From Hormiphora californensis (lineage: Eukaryota > Animalia > Ctenophora): a stretch of DNA of 64,000 nucleotides. Both the position numbers and the translations under genes were made by a program. Location: positions 8,556,001-8,620,000 of the forward strand of contig CM035350.1 in the NCBI GenBank assembly GCA_020137815.1. Direction: 5' to 3'. Every line of letters starts with the position of its first letter. Position 1 is the first letter of the stretch. The notes beneath the pieces were generated by a model. That model saw only the letters and a list, made by a program, of their open reading frames with translations, had not been told where the DNA came from and did no database searches. Positions 11,450 to 22,839 of the stretch are shown here, piece by piece.

Positions 11450-14400
11450 TTATGGACAGGAAGGGTTTAGGATTCTAGTTTTCGTCCTCGGTGTTCTAGG
11501 CGCCTTTTTACAATCAGGATAGGCGATTGCGAAAAGGTACGACTTCAACATTGTCTTGAACATTTCGAGAGATGTCGCTTCTCTTAGATTCCTGGGCAGC
11601 TTGTTCCATATCTTAGGAGCACATACACTGAAAGCCTTCTGTGTACTAAGATATTTGTGGTCATGGCGTCTTTCCAATAGGGTCAGGTCCTCATCAAGAC
11701 GAACTTTTCTGGTCTTTGGTTGCCTGCGTGTAATCATTTCTGAGAGATACTCAGGCACAAGTCCATGAAGACATTTGTAGACCAAAAGGCAGATTTTGAA
11801 TTCGATTCTTTGCTCAACTGGCAAGAAGTGGAGTTTCATCCTCATCTCAGTAACACCACGTCTACCTTTTGAACCATAGATGAATCTGGTAGCACTGTTC
11901 TGCACCTTTTGCAGTCTTTGTAGATCACGCTTTGAGAGTCCTACTAATAATGCATTACCAAAATCAAGCCTGGAATGGACAAGTGCATGAACAAGCTGAG
12001 TTTTTAATTCCACAGAGAGTCCCTTCCTAATTCTCCACAGGTTCGCCAGCTGACTCCAACAAGACTGTATAACTCGGGATACGTGTGATGACATGGAGAG
12101 GGTTTGATCAAACCAGATTCCCAAATTACGAGCTTCTGTGGATGGTTCAGTCGGCTGACCATCGTTCTCTTGAAGAAGGATAGACATAGGGTTCGGTGTC
12201 TTATCAGCCTTGTTGTTGATAAAAAGCACCTCGGTTTTACCTGCATTCAGTTTTAGGTAGTTCGTCTTCATCCACCATTTAATGTGTTGCAGGCATTTTT
12301 GGACATTCTCAAAGATACTGTCTTGGTCCATTCTGTTGAAGCTAACATAGAGTTGGGTATCATCAGCATACATGTGAACTTGTAGGCCATATATACCTGC
12401 AATATCTTGGAGCTCTCGGGTATACATAATAAACAAGATCGGTCCAAGGATAGACCCTTGTGGCACTCCAATATCAATTTCGATTGATGGAGAGTTCTCT
12501 TCCCCGATATTTACAGATGTCATTCTGCCTGTAAGATAGGATCGAAACCATTCCAACGCAGTCAGTTTGATACCATAGTTAATACGTAGTTTATCTAACA
12601 GGGTGGAATGCTTGACGGTGTCAAAGGCCGCAGATAGGTCAAGCAGCAGAAGAATAACTTTTGATTTACTGTCCATTAGGAGAAGGATATCGTTGAATAT
12701 CTTCAGCGTTGCTGTTTCACAGGAATGGTACCTTCGGTATGCTGATTGCTTAGCTGGTAGGAGCTTGTTTTCCTCTAGGTATTCGATCAGCTGTATTGAT
12801 ACACACTTTTCAACAATTTTCGAGACAAAACTAAGGTTGCTTATTGGCCGGTAGCTGTTTAACTGTTCAGAGTCCAGATCTTTACCTTTAAACGATGGTC
12901 GGATAATGGCTTCTTTAAAGTCTTTTGGAAAAACACCTTTAGTGAGGCTATCGTTTACAATCCGAGATAGTGCAGGAATAAGCTCAGGAAGCGCATCACT
13001 TACCATACTTGAAGGCATTGGGTCCAGTGAACAGTGTTTCTTATTCATGTCACGGATAACTCTGACCAACTCCTCATCAGTTACTGGCCTGAACTTAGTA
13101 AGCGAAGATGTGCAAGCTGTTGGTGTAGGATGGATGCTGGGCATCGGCACGTCTTCAGCTTCAATCTCAGAGTAAATTGTTGTTACCTTTGATTTAAAGA
13201 ACTCGTTAAATCTGGTTGATAGTGGTATAATATCCGTGTTTGATGGTAACGTTGACGGGGTCTTTTCCTTTCCAAGCAAGCTATTGACTACTCGATTCGT
13301 GGTTTTCGGATCACCTTTAAGTCCATCAAGTTTTTTGCTAAAGAAGGTGACTCTGGCATTGCAAAGTACCTTAGATGCGTACTTACCGGTACTTTTCCAG
13401 CAGTGGAATTTCGTAGTAAGCTTCTTGGGGTCGGTCTTCTTTAATCGGGCACATTTCCAGCGTCTCTCCGCTCCTCTCCTTTTTCGGCGAGCATGTTGGC
13501 ATTCTCGTGTTCGTATCCATTGAGGTTGGTCAGGATTCTTAATCTTCTTTTCTTCTTCAGGTGCAACGTCATCCATAATTGATCGAAGAGTTGTGTTATA
13601 CAACTTAACACATTTATCCTGGTCAGTTGGTAGGGTTTTAGCAAGTTTGGAGGTTCCTATGAGGTCACGTAGATCCATTGGGTCAACTGCTTTGATATTC
13701 CTGCATTTTATCACCTGTTCATCTTCCTTCCTTTTTAGTGGTATACTTGCCATACATGTCACTAGGTAATGGTCTGGTGCAGGAGGGACAGGATATGAAT
13801 CTATGTCAGTAATTTCAATACCACCAGGAAGTCCCAGAAACATACTTGGTACCTGTTCTTCTGCTGATTCTTCAAGTCGGCTACAGAATGGGGTATTTAT
13901 CAGATGAGCGGATGGACATATAATTTCCTTTTCTTGGGTAAGGATCAGGTCCAGCGTCCCTCCTTTAACATGAGTCGGGCCTGTTATCTGATTTTTCCAA
14001 CCAAACTGGTTCAGAAGTTCCTTGAATTTCCGGGCTTGGGGGTCCGTATCATTCTCAACATGGATGTTAAAATCTCCACATATCAGGCATCGTTCTTTCC
14101 TTTCCGCTAACTTCAGAAACAGGTCCTCTAGTTCGTCTAAAAACATAGTAAACTGGCCTGAAGTCCCAGGACGATAAACAACAACTATTCGAGTGTTAGT
14201 GGGTTCCTTGAGAAGAACCTCGAGACATTCGAACTGTTTGAATTTGTGTGAGTATTTGCTCGTTTTTGTCCTCTTTCTGGTAATGATAGCTACACCACCT
14301 CCTCTGCCTTTGCGTGGCTGCGACACTATGTTGAAGCCTGCATCTTTGACAAGAGCACAGAGGGCACCATCATCTTTTTTCATCCACGTTTCAGTAAGAG

Positions 14401-14542
14401 CAAAAATTTCCAAGTCTTCATCCACTGCAAGTTCCAAGACATCAATTGCTTTGTTCCTTAGAGAGAAGCAGTTGAGTAGACCAAACTTCAGCCTTTTGGA
14501 CACAGTTAGTTTTTTGATAGGTACTGGAGACGGATTGGGCAT
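11450..14542 (-). CDS. LINE ORF2: APE endonuclease + reverse transcriptase
   Basis: LTETW, GGGVA, VYRP, GDFNIH, TLDL, DH (APE); YRPISNL, LDLSAAFDTV, GVPQGSILGP, YADD (RT); L2-like C-terminus LHFLPVEQRIEFKI. Confidence 0.97.
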   Translation of the reverse strand: MPNPSPVPIKKLTVSKRLKFGLLNCFSLRNKAIDVLELAVDEDLEIFALTETWMKKDDGALCALVKDAGFNIVSQPRKGRGGGVAIITRKRTKTSKYSHKFKQFECLEVLLKEPTNTRIVVVYRPGTSGQFTMFLDELEDLFLKLAERKERCLICGDFNIHVENDTDPQARKFKELLNQFGWKNQITGPTHVKGGTLDLILTQEKEIICPSAHLINTPFCSRLEESAEEQVPSMFLGLPGGIEITDIDSYPVPPAPDHYLVTCMASIPLKRKEDEQVIKCRNIKAVDPMDLRDLIGTSKLAKTLPTDQDKCVKLYNTTLRSIMDDVAPEEEKKIKNPDQPQWIRTRECQHARRKRRGAERRWKCARLKKTDPKKLTTKFHCWKSTGKYASKVLCNARVTFFSKKLDGLKGDPKTTNRVVNSLLGKEKTPSTLPSNTDIIPLSTRFNEFFKSKVTTIYSEIEAEDVPMPSIHPTPTACTSSLTKFRPVTDEELVRVIRDMNKKHCSLDPMPSSMVSDALPELIPALSRIVNDSLTKGVFPKDFKEAIIRPSFKGKDLDSEQLNSYRPISNLSFVSKIVEKCVSIQLIEYLEENKLLPAKQSAYRRYHSCETATLKIFNDILLLMDSKSKVILLLLDLSAAFDTVKHSTLLDKLRINYGIKLTALEWFRSYLTGRMTSVNIGEENSPSIEIDIGVPQGSILGPILFIMYTRELQDIAGIYGLQVHMYADDTQLYVSFNRMDQDSIFENVQKCLQHIKWWMKTNYLKLNAGKTEVLFINNKADKTPNPMSILLQENDGQPTEPSTEARNLGIWFDQTLSMSSHVSRVIQSCWSQLANLWRIRKGLSVELKTQLVHALVHSRLDFGNALLVGLSKRDLQRLQKVQNSATRFIYGSKGRRGVTEMRMKLHFLPVEQRIEFKICLLVYKCLHGLVPEYLSEMITRRQPKTRKVRLDEDLTLLERRHDHKYLSTQKAFSVCAPKIWNKLPRNLREATSLEMFKTMLKSYLFAIAYPDCKKAPRTPRTKTRILNPSCP

Positions 14543-15855
14543 TGTGGGGCGGCGGCGTTGTGATCATGTGAACCTGCTTGAATGGATGGATTAGATGATT
14601 TAGCACAGTTAGAACATTTAAAGCAGGATCTATCACTCTTACTAGGGCACTCTTTTCCAATATGGTTCTCAGAACAACGGAAACATGTTGGCTCACTCTC
14701 TCGACAATCAGCTGCTAAGTGTCCATAACACTGACACTTATAACATTGCTTTACAAACACTCTCTCTTCTACATGGCAGTTATAACTGCCAACATGAATG
14801 GAACCCCTACTAAGAATCAGGTCGCCAAGGGGCTTACTGACCTTCAACCCAATAGTGGCTTCGTTCACGTTTCGGTTATGTCTCTGAAACGAAACTACGG
14901 ACATCTCTTCGCCATTTTCCACCATCTCGGCAATCATTGGGTTCAAATCAACTATCGAATCTAAAATCATTGTATCTGTCTCATCTCTATCGGTCACATG
15001 TACAGGGATAAACGACACATCTGCTCCTTTAACAGAGAGTTTTGGTGCATGGACAAACTTCGTCACTCCAATATTCTCCGCTTTTACTTTCTCAGCTGCA
15101 CTGTTCATTTCATTAGCACTTTTGAACCAGTATTGTACAGACCCGTCACTTTGTTGTTTCCTATACTCTGTTGGGATCTTCTTGAAAATAGAGCTGGCCG
15201 TTTCGGTATCTTTTCCAGCGATTGTAAGCCTAGCTGGTGCTAGGTTCTTCTTTGCGACTTGGGAATAACTCACGTTTGGTTGTGCATCAGTAGCAGGCTT
15301 CGGATTTGGCTTCATTTGTTTGGAGATTTCTGCTGCAACCGTCACGGAAACGGTGGCCAGAATTTCATCTTGGAATTTCTTCAGGCGATCGTCGAGAGTT
15401 GGTTCTAGTGCTAGGTTACACTGCTCTACTTCTTGGTAGCATGGGGGACATAGCCAACACATTCCCCTTTTACTCACAGCTACTGTATCGTCATCAGGAT
15501 CTTCGGCTTTGCATCTCAGGCACGTCACCTTCACTGCTGCATCTTGAACGGACCGGGCCATAGCTTCTTCTGCTCTCTTTGATTCAGATCTCGTCAGCGG
15601 TCCGAGGGGGGTCATTGAGTCATGCTTCCTGAAACTCAAATTAATTTGTTTAAAGTAGTGTTGAAAAGTTTGAAAATGTTCGAATTCGAAATTCCTCTCC
15701 TTTGAAGTTTGAACCACGCGGTACGCAGTTTTAGCGGCTGTCTGAAACAGGTGACTAGACTGCAGTGTAGGCAACGGCTTGCTCCTGAGGTTGGAGCCCT
15801 CAGGAAAACTCTCATGGGTCGCAGTGCGTCGCACGCACTCGCCGGATCCTCGCAA
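14506..15855 (-). CDS. LINE ORF1 (gag-like; Cys cluster + zinc knuckles); true start may be the ATG near 15616
   Basis: CYKCQCYGHLAADC, CFRCSENHIGKEC, CSNC...H...C; N-terminal CLRC...WLCPPC. Confidence 0.9.
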   Translation of the reverse strand: MRGSGECVRRTATHESFPEGSNLRSKPLPTLQSSHLFQTAAKTAYRVVQTSKERNFEFEHFQTFQHYFKQINLSFRKHDSMTPLGPLTRSESKRAEEAMARSVQDAAVKVTCLRCKAEDPDDDTVAVSKRGMCWLCPPCYQEVEQCNLALEPTLDDRLKKFQDEILATVSVTVAAEISKQMKPNPKPATDAQPNVSYSQVAKKNLAPARLTIAGKDTETASSIFKKIPTEYRKQQSDGSVQYWFKSANEMNSAAEKVKAENIGVTKFVHAPKLSVKGADVSFIPVHVTDRDETDTMILDSIVDLNPMIAEMVENGEEMSVVSFQRHNRNVNEATIGLKVSKPLGDLILSRGSIHVGSYNCHVEERVFVKQCYKCQCYGHLAADCRESEPTCFRCSENHIGKECPSKSDRSCFKCSNCAKSSNPSIQAGSHDHNAAAPQCPIRLQYLSKN

Positions 15856-16006
15856 CGAGGGGCCATTCTAGCATGTGCGATTAACTTTTTCAAAAAGCAT
15901 GAACCCCGTCATTGAATAATGTACAGACAGGAAATTCTTCAAGTTTGAAGAGTAACCAAATTTAGTTCGGAGGTTTTTTTTTCTAAAGTTACCGAAACCT
16001 TAGCCG

Positions 16007-19000
16007 ATGGACGATGAACAAGGAATAGCTAAGTATCACGAGATCGAAAGGGACAACCTTATACAACTTCTAAAGTTATGTATCAAGAGTTTTATTGATT
16101 ATGCCTCTGTCGTTAAACTCCAGTCTCGAGGAGGAGCACTTCAACTCTCTATCAACTGTTCGTTGTCTTGGAAAAGGTAACAGCCACCTGGTGAGATGTA
16201 TGAAGTACCTATTCTTTAGACAATACCCAGTGCGACTTTTTAAGCTCATATATCATGTATTTTTTCAGATATTAAGTCATGGCCTTAGGGAGAAAACAGG
16301 ACTATTTAATAGCCGGACAGATTTCTTCAATGTGCTGCAAACGGCACTGAAAGATGTGACATGGACAAAAGAATTATTCGAGAGCAGTGTCAACATGCCA
16401 AATTTAAAGTGAGAACTCGAACACATAACTATTACAGTTTACAATGTTGGAAAGGACCAAGAGAAATGTTTTAACCACTAATTATTACAGGACTTTCAAT
16501 GGAAAGGGCCGAGCATTCCTTCGCCTAGTTATGATCCAGAAGAAATCTCACACTCTCTTTACAGATCTGTTAAACCAGTTGGACAAAGTAAGGTGAGAGC
16601 AAATCGAATTGTTTATGTTAATGATAGTCACCAACAATCAACATGCTGCTGTTTTATTAACTGTGTTCTATCATATCTCTTTATCAACCATGTGTTCTAT
16701 ATCTCTAGGTATCTTTATGAGACCCACGCCCTACTGCTATCTGAAGAGGCGTGTGTGATATCAGGTCTGTTAGTGGGGATAAATGTGATAGATTGTAATC
16801 TCTGTTTAAAGGAATCGGATCTGGACAATCTACCACAGGTATATGTAAATATGCATAACAATATCATACCTTGAAGAACACTGAACAATGCCCACACACA
16901 GTACACCATCACACGCCCTAACTGTATTATTCTCCTGTTATATGTCAATTCTATAATTCCCTCAGGTAATCCAACTGCGCCGGTATTTCCGTGATGGAAA
17001 CCATTTGGAGGTGGTCACCCCTCCCGGGTCCCCTCGTCTCTCTGACTCCAGCTATCAACAAGTCCTGGACCAGAAGAGCTATGTTGAAGAAATAAACGAA
17101 AAGCTAAAGTAAGAAACCGTTTGTAAGTAGATGGATTCTTGCCATGGTACGCAGTCTGTATTTCATGCGATGGAATATGGAAATAATTTGTCAAATGAAT
17201 TCACGGAAATAAGGAGAGAGATACAGTAAGAAAGGCTCCCGAAAGGCTGAATTCATCTTGCTAATTAGAAATTATCTATTTTAATTTATTTGATCTACTT
17301 CCTAGGTTGGATTATCAGTTAACAGAGAAAAAGAGTTTAATGTTCCAGGATGAAAATGAAGTTTTATCAAAAGAGGTATGCCATCGTTTTAACCACTCAT
17401 GTTCTTTTCTCTATTCTTAGTTGTCTGTGTTCATTGTTCTAGTCTTTAAACTCCTTGTTTTCGTTGCAAGATATTGGCAATCAAATCTGAACTAGAAGAG
17501 ATAACTTCTGAACGAGACTGTCTACGACAGAAGTGTAGTGAATCAGAGCACAGTTTCCAGCGTCGACTAACGGTTAGTAACACTTTTAAAATGGCATCCC
17601 AATGGGGGTATTACTAGCACAAAACTGTATCTATTGCTGCAGATTGAGAGGGCTGATATAGCAACAGAAAGGGAGACGTATGAGGCATCCAGGTCAGGTC
17701 TCAATGAGCTGTATCTCTTGGCAAAGGCAGAGCTGGCGGCTGCACAAGAGAGGATTTCCCATTTGGAAAGTGACTTAGATATGGAACACAAAATAAAGGT
17801 ATTACCTCTCCCTTTCTCTGTCTCTGTCTCGCTGTCTCTCTCTCTCTCTCTTTTGTCTCACTCTCTCTCTTTCTCTCTCTCCACCTATAGGAAGATGTCG
17901 ACAAGGCGAACGGGTTGCTTGAGAAGGAGCTGAGAGATAAAGAGGACACGATTGAAGCCCTAAGGAAGCAGTGCTCTGATGTTAAGAAACTCAACCTTAC
18001 CATGTTTAGTAAGGTCCAGGTAAGGACACATTAATTAATTAATTGAGTTTAGAATTAATTGTTAAAACTAACTTATCTAGGATGCAGATAAGAAGATTGC
18101 AGAGAAGACAGAGTCACTAAAAAACAGCGAGGCTAAAAGTGAGATGTCTACTTCAGAATTATCTGAGTTACAACAGAGGTATAGTTACTGGGATAGTTGG
18201 AGTACAATGTTTTGTTTCCCTATTTCAAAGTTTGGTCTGTTCAATTTGTGTTACATCAGGAACAAAGAGTTGGACGTGGAAAATGTTGACTTGAAGAAAG
18301 AACTTGACATTGCCAAAACGAAGCTCCTTCAATCAGAAACGGGCCTGTAAGTCTTAGAAAGAGAACATGTTCCTGAGTTAGATTATCAATGATTATGATA
18401 TTGTGATCATTATGTGATTTTCTAACATTGATCTTCTCCAGGGAGCAGGCACAGACAGGGTTTGGGGTAGAGAAGGAATGGAGGGAAAATCTACAGAAAC
18501 AGTGTACTGTGCACCGGGAGGAGATCTCTAAACTTCGTGCTGAGACTACCCAGGTAACCGTTTTAACCGCACTTTTGATACCATTTAACCTTTTTTCTTT
18601 TAGCTGAAGTCTGAACTTTTAATTTATTTGATCGCAATTGTCTTGGCTTCATCACCAATTATCGCCTAAAATCTAAATAGCTGCTCCGAGTCTGACTCCT
18701 AAACTACCTAACCCATGTCCAGGTAGCAGAGATGAAGAGTGCTTTGAGACAGCTAAAAAGAGAGAATGATGATCTAAAGAGGAGTTGCAGTGAACAAGAG
18801 AGAGCCCTTGTAGAACTTGGTGATCATCTTAGCAGGTAAATGGCAGTGAAATTTATCTAACATGTCTCAACTCTTTTTGTACTACATCCTAGATATCAAA
18901 ATTAGGAGGCCATTTTTCTTGTAGTCTGTTCTTTTGAGTTCTCGTTTCAACCCGGTTGTGTCTTAGATCGAAGGTAAAAGCAGAGGAACTGAAATTCACA

Positions 19001-19369
19001 GTTGAGGTTGCTAAAGACAATAAGTGGGTTGCTGATAATGAAGCTACGGAGTGTCAACAATGCAAAAAGAGCTTCTCCGTAGCAAGACGAAGGGTAAGGG
19101 ATTGTTTGTTTATAGATTATCACATTTTGTGTTAACTATTTTACAGTTTTAGTTTAGTTTTAGTGAATTTATTAATAAATTGAACTACATTGAACTACTT
19201 AATTATATTTATTAATAAATTGAACTACTTTCAGCACCATTGTCGTAACTGTGGAGGAATATTCTGCCACCAGTGCTCTGACAACAACATGCCCCTACCT
19301 TCATCCTCCCGACCTCTCCGTGTTTGTGATAGTTGTAGTGAGACAATTTTAAATAGGTCAATCAAATAA
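16007..19369 (+). CDS. RUFY: RUN and FYVE domain protein (RUFY1/2-like), multi-exon
   Basis: RUN: [64 protein letters not shown]; coiled-coil exons; [17 protein letters not shown]...[14 protein letters not shown]...RVCDSC. Two 1-nt insertions in exon 1. Confidence 0.93.
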
Positions 19370-19851
19370 ACTAGGGGGTTTTAATCAATTGATCAGTGTC
19401 TTTCAACTCACCCGACCTCTCTCTTTCTTTCCCTTTTTTATGGGTTTCCTGATCCAGCCCTCCTTCCGTCTAATGTTTTCTCCGATCTATCTGATTCCGT
19501 GAATTTTCAATTTCTGTGTTAATGCTTGTGTTTGTATGTTTAGGTCCAGGAATTTGTGTTTATCTCTCAGTTTGTTTTTGATAGTAAAATCCGAGATCAA
19601 CACTGTTTTTGATGAAGCCGAGTTTCTTTCATGTATGTAGGGCGCGGTGACCTTTCTCTGAACTTGTGCGCGCGGAAATACATGATTGTACACAACACAA
19701 CCCTGTACAATTGTACATCTTTTGTACCCATTTTGTATGTCATACACTCATCTTTTGAGCGGTATGAATACAATTTAATCCCCCTACCCCATCCCAGTAT
19801 TGTATTTTAGAGTGAACTATGAACTAATCCACTCCCCTTGTGTATAGATTC

Positions 19852-20678
19852 ATGGATTCTTCAGCCAGCGAACTAGACGTATCTATATCTGATTTTCTAC
19901 AATCAAGAAAAAGTGAGTTAATTTACAAGAAGTCACCTAACATCACTGTCACATAGATCTCAAAATTAACTTCCTACATTCTCACAGTTATTGGAAGAAA
20001 AAAGGCCCGACCTCCCCCTCCATTGAGTTTTGCCTGTGAGCCCCTGGACAATTCTCTCTATAGTCCTGACAAGACAGGGGCACTAGGAGCACCCCTTGAG
20101 GCATCTCTAGTCAGGGTCGAGGATCAAATTGGAAACTGGGTAAGAAAGGGGATGTAAGGAGGGGGTGTGCGTATGCAGAGTTTATTTTACTCGCTTATCA
20201 ATACCCTCAATAATCCAATTCTTGGTTTCAGATTTCCCCTGATAAGTTTGGTGCACCACCAACACGTCGTGGGAAGAAGAAGACTGGAAGAAATGCACCA
20301 GCAGATAGGACAAAATGTTGTAATCGCAGGGAGATATCAGCTCTCACAGAACTATCAGATTCAGACCTCCTGCTGCCGGTTGAACCCACCAGTAGCCCTT
20401 CAACGCCTCGCCAAGCTAGAGTAGTAGGTGCGTCACAGTGCAAATCAGCACGGCGCCCTGCTAAAGCCAGGAGAAGACCACCTCCCCAACTAATTGTCGA
20501 GGAGAACAGTTTATCAGATATGACATCATCGCCAGTGCACCGTGGTAAACGGACACAGTTTGCTAATGTGCTAGACACCCCTCCCTCTAGGGAGTCTGCT
20601 GTTGTGTATGCTACAAACACCCCTGATCACTTAATGGGAGTTTCCATGGCAACGCGACACAGAATAGCTAGGAGTTAG
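19852..20678 (+). CDS. Three-exon gene for a disordered protein, RHNO1-like (exons 19852-19912, 19988-20139, 20232-20678)
   Basis: GT-AG introns join in phase. Motifs KKARPPPLSFACEPL, NWISPDKF and C-terminal VYATNTPDHLMGVSMATR resemble RHNO1 conserved blocks. Not in the ORF track. Confidence 0.6.
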
Positions 20679-20745
20679 AGTCTAATAAGGAACTGCTGCG
20701 GACAGTACAAGTTCTCCCTGTGTTGGTAACAGAGTTTGTTTCACC

Positions 20746-22113
20746 CTAAAAAGAATCCTCTCGATGGAAGACTTTACTATCCTGTATCGTGGTATTATTA
20801 TTCATATTGGACACCCAGTGGCTCATTTGTGTTGATGAAAGAGAGGGAGAGGGCGTGACCTTGTTGCTGCGGGCTGAGGGTCGCTTGATTGGTTCCTGAC
20901 GGTAGTGTTTTATCAGATAACAGTTGATGGTGAGAATAATGGTGAGAAGAGTTACGGAGCTGGTGCTACCAATCACTATCGCCCACACACTCCTATCATC
21001 TATCTCCTGAGAAATTGGGGGGGTTTTAAAGAAAAGGAGAGAGACACGTTACAGAGAATCAGGCATCATGAAGTTCATTGGATGCAATCGATTGGAAGAA
21101 ATCTAACAAAATCTAACGATATCTACTCGGCTGTCAGAGCATTGGCCTGATATCTAATCCGAGAAGGACAACTACCTTGTATAGCTTGAGGAGGCACCCC
21201 TGATCAGTGATAGGACAGGTGTGAGACATTTTCAGTTTCTCATAGTCAGTCCCATCAAGACATCCACAGCAGCGCAGTCTATCTTCCAGAGTGTGCAGTA
21301 GGTCCAGAAACCTGTCTTGTCCCTCTGATAACCGGTCATAACACTCGCTTTCGATTATCACCAGAAGACTGAGGGAGAGTTATTATTGTGTGAGGGTACA
21401 AAATAAGTTTTCCCGATATTATGTAGCATATTACCTTTCCTTGTTGATGTAGAGAAAGAGTCCCAATCCAAGCTGGACAAGAAGAAATAGAATGACCGTG
21501 TAACAGTAAATCTGAGAGAGTGAGTTGGTGTCGAATTGAGTAACACACCGATAATGTTGTGAGTGTGCAGTGGGGTGTGAAGTCGGGTGTGCAAGGTGGT
21601 ACTGCCCGGGACAATCAGAGAGGGATTTTATTTCATTTTTCGTTGATATAATGATATTTTGTTACCAAACCCTGAATCACGCTCTATATTTATTGTGTTG
21701 GGTAGAGATGAGGGGGTAAGATGAGACAATTCTAGAACAATTCCTGGCACAGGAGGGTATAACAGTCCCGGCCCCTTGGTGTAATGGCTATAGACTGGGC
21801 ACTGCCAATAACTCGCCTCTAGAAGTTGTTTCCTTGCGCTCAGTACACCTGCCAAACTGAGTAGAGACAGGAGAGAGAGAAGACCTCCACCTGTCGCTAC
21901 AACTACCCTCCAGTCGAACAGCATGATCTCCATCCATAGCTCCTGGTAGGGCTCCAGGGACTCTGGTTTGGACATTCCATAAACCCCACAACCCACCAGG
22001 CCTAGTCCCACTAGCAGCTGGACAATGGACCACACAGCCACAACCAGGCTCAGACAGGAGGGTCCCCGGGGCGGAGGCTTTTGGTAGGCCCGTCCACTAG
22101 GTACACAATTCAT
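20746..22113 (-). CDS. Tetraspanin, multi-exon
   Basis: Two N-terminal TM helices (22113-~21820), CCG in the large loop (RLRCCGC...C...GC) and a last TM in 20746-21000. Confidence 0.88.
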
Positions 22114-22839
22114 GACAACCCCTAGAGTAGCAAGTGTGCAGCAGCGACGCGTGACAGGTTAAACAAAACAGCTAGCAGCAGCTGGGGTGATAGGGTCGAC
22201 TAGGGTGAAGTACTGGGAGAGAGAGGGAGAGAGAAAGAGAGAGAGAAATACAGTAATCCAAAGAAGCGAGAACAGAATCGTGACAGTATGTGTGTAACCG
22301 AATATCCAGAAATCCGCTCACTCCCCATACCCGGGAGGGGTTATCACAGGCCACTTTGTTGTGTTACTATATTGCCGCAGTAAGGTGACGATAATCTGGA
22401 ATAATCAGGGCACACCGCTGTCACAGTGATAATAATATTTTATTCTAACCCTTTACATCTCAAACGCCTCAAACGAGGGATTGAGTAAGTACAGCATCCT
22501 TTCAGGGAGAATGAGGTTTTGTGTTTATTGGTTTTGAAACATCAAACGACAACCGATCTCATTTTCTTTAACATAAATAAAAATAATCGTTTAGTAAAGT
22601 TATGTTTAGCTCTGTGAGCTAGCTAAAAAATTTAATAAATAAAATTAATTTCTTTTCACCCCTAAATTTGATTTATCGATCCCGAGGGATGCACTGCAAT
22701 CAAAAATAGCGTCTCCCCTAACAAAACAGCAATAATTGTCTCTCAAGTCCATTATCTCTACTTCTTCAGGAAGTTGTCTTCAGGAAATTAGAGTCCCCAA
22801 ATAGAGTCTCCCCTAACAAAACAATTGTCTCAAGACTCT

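Larger units (their letters stand above)
10837..15866 (-). mobile_element. Full-length LINE (L2/CR1 group), apparently intact
   Basis: Two overlapping uninterrupted ORFs, ~600-nt 3' UTR, (ATT)n/T tail at 10837-10860 on the - strand. 5' end approximate; no clear TSD. Confidence 0.9.

Noticed and set aside
20228-20620. 130-aa - strand ORF
   Set aside because: Antisense to exon 3 of the better-supported spliced + strand gene.
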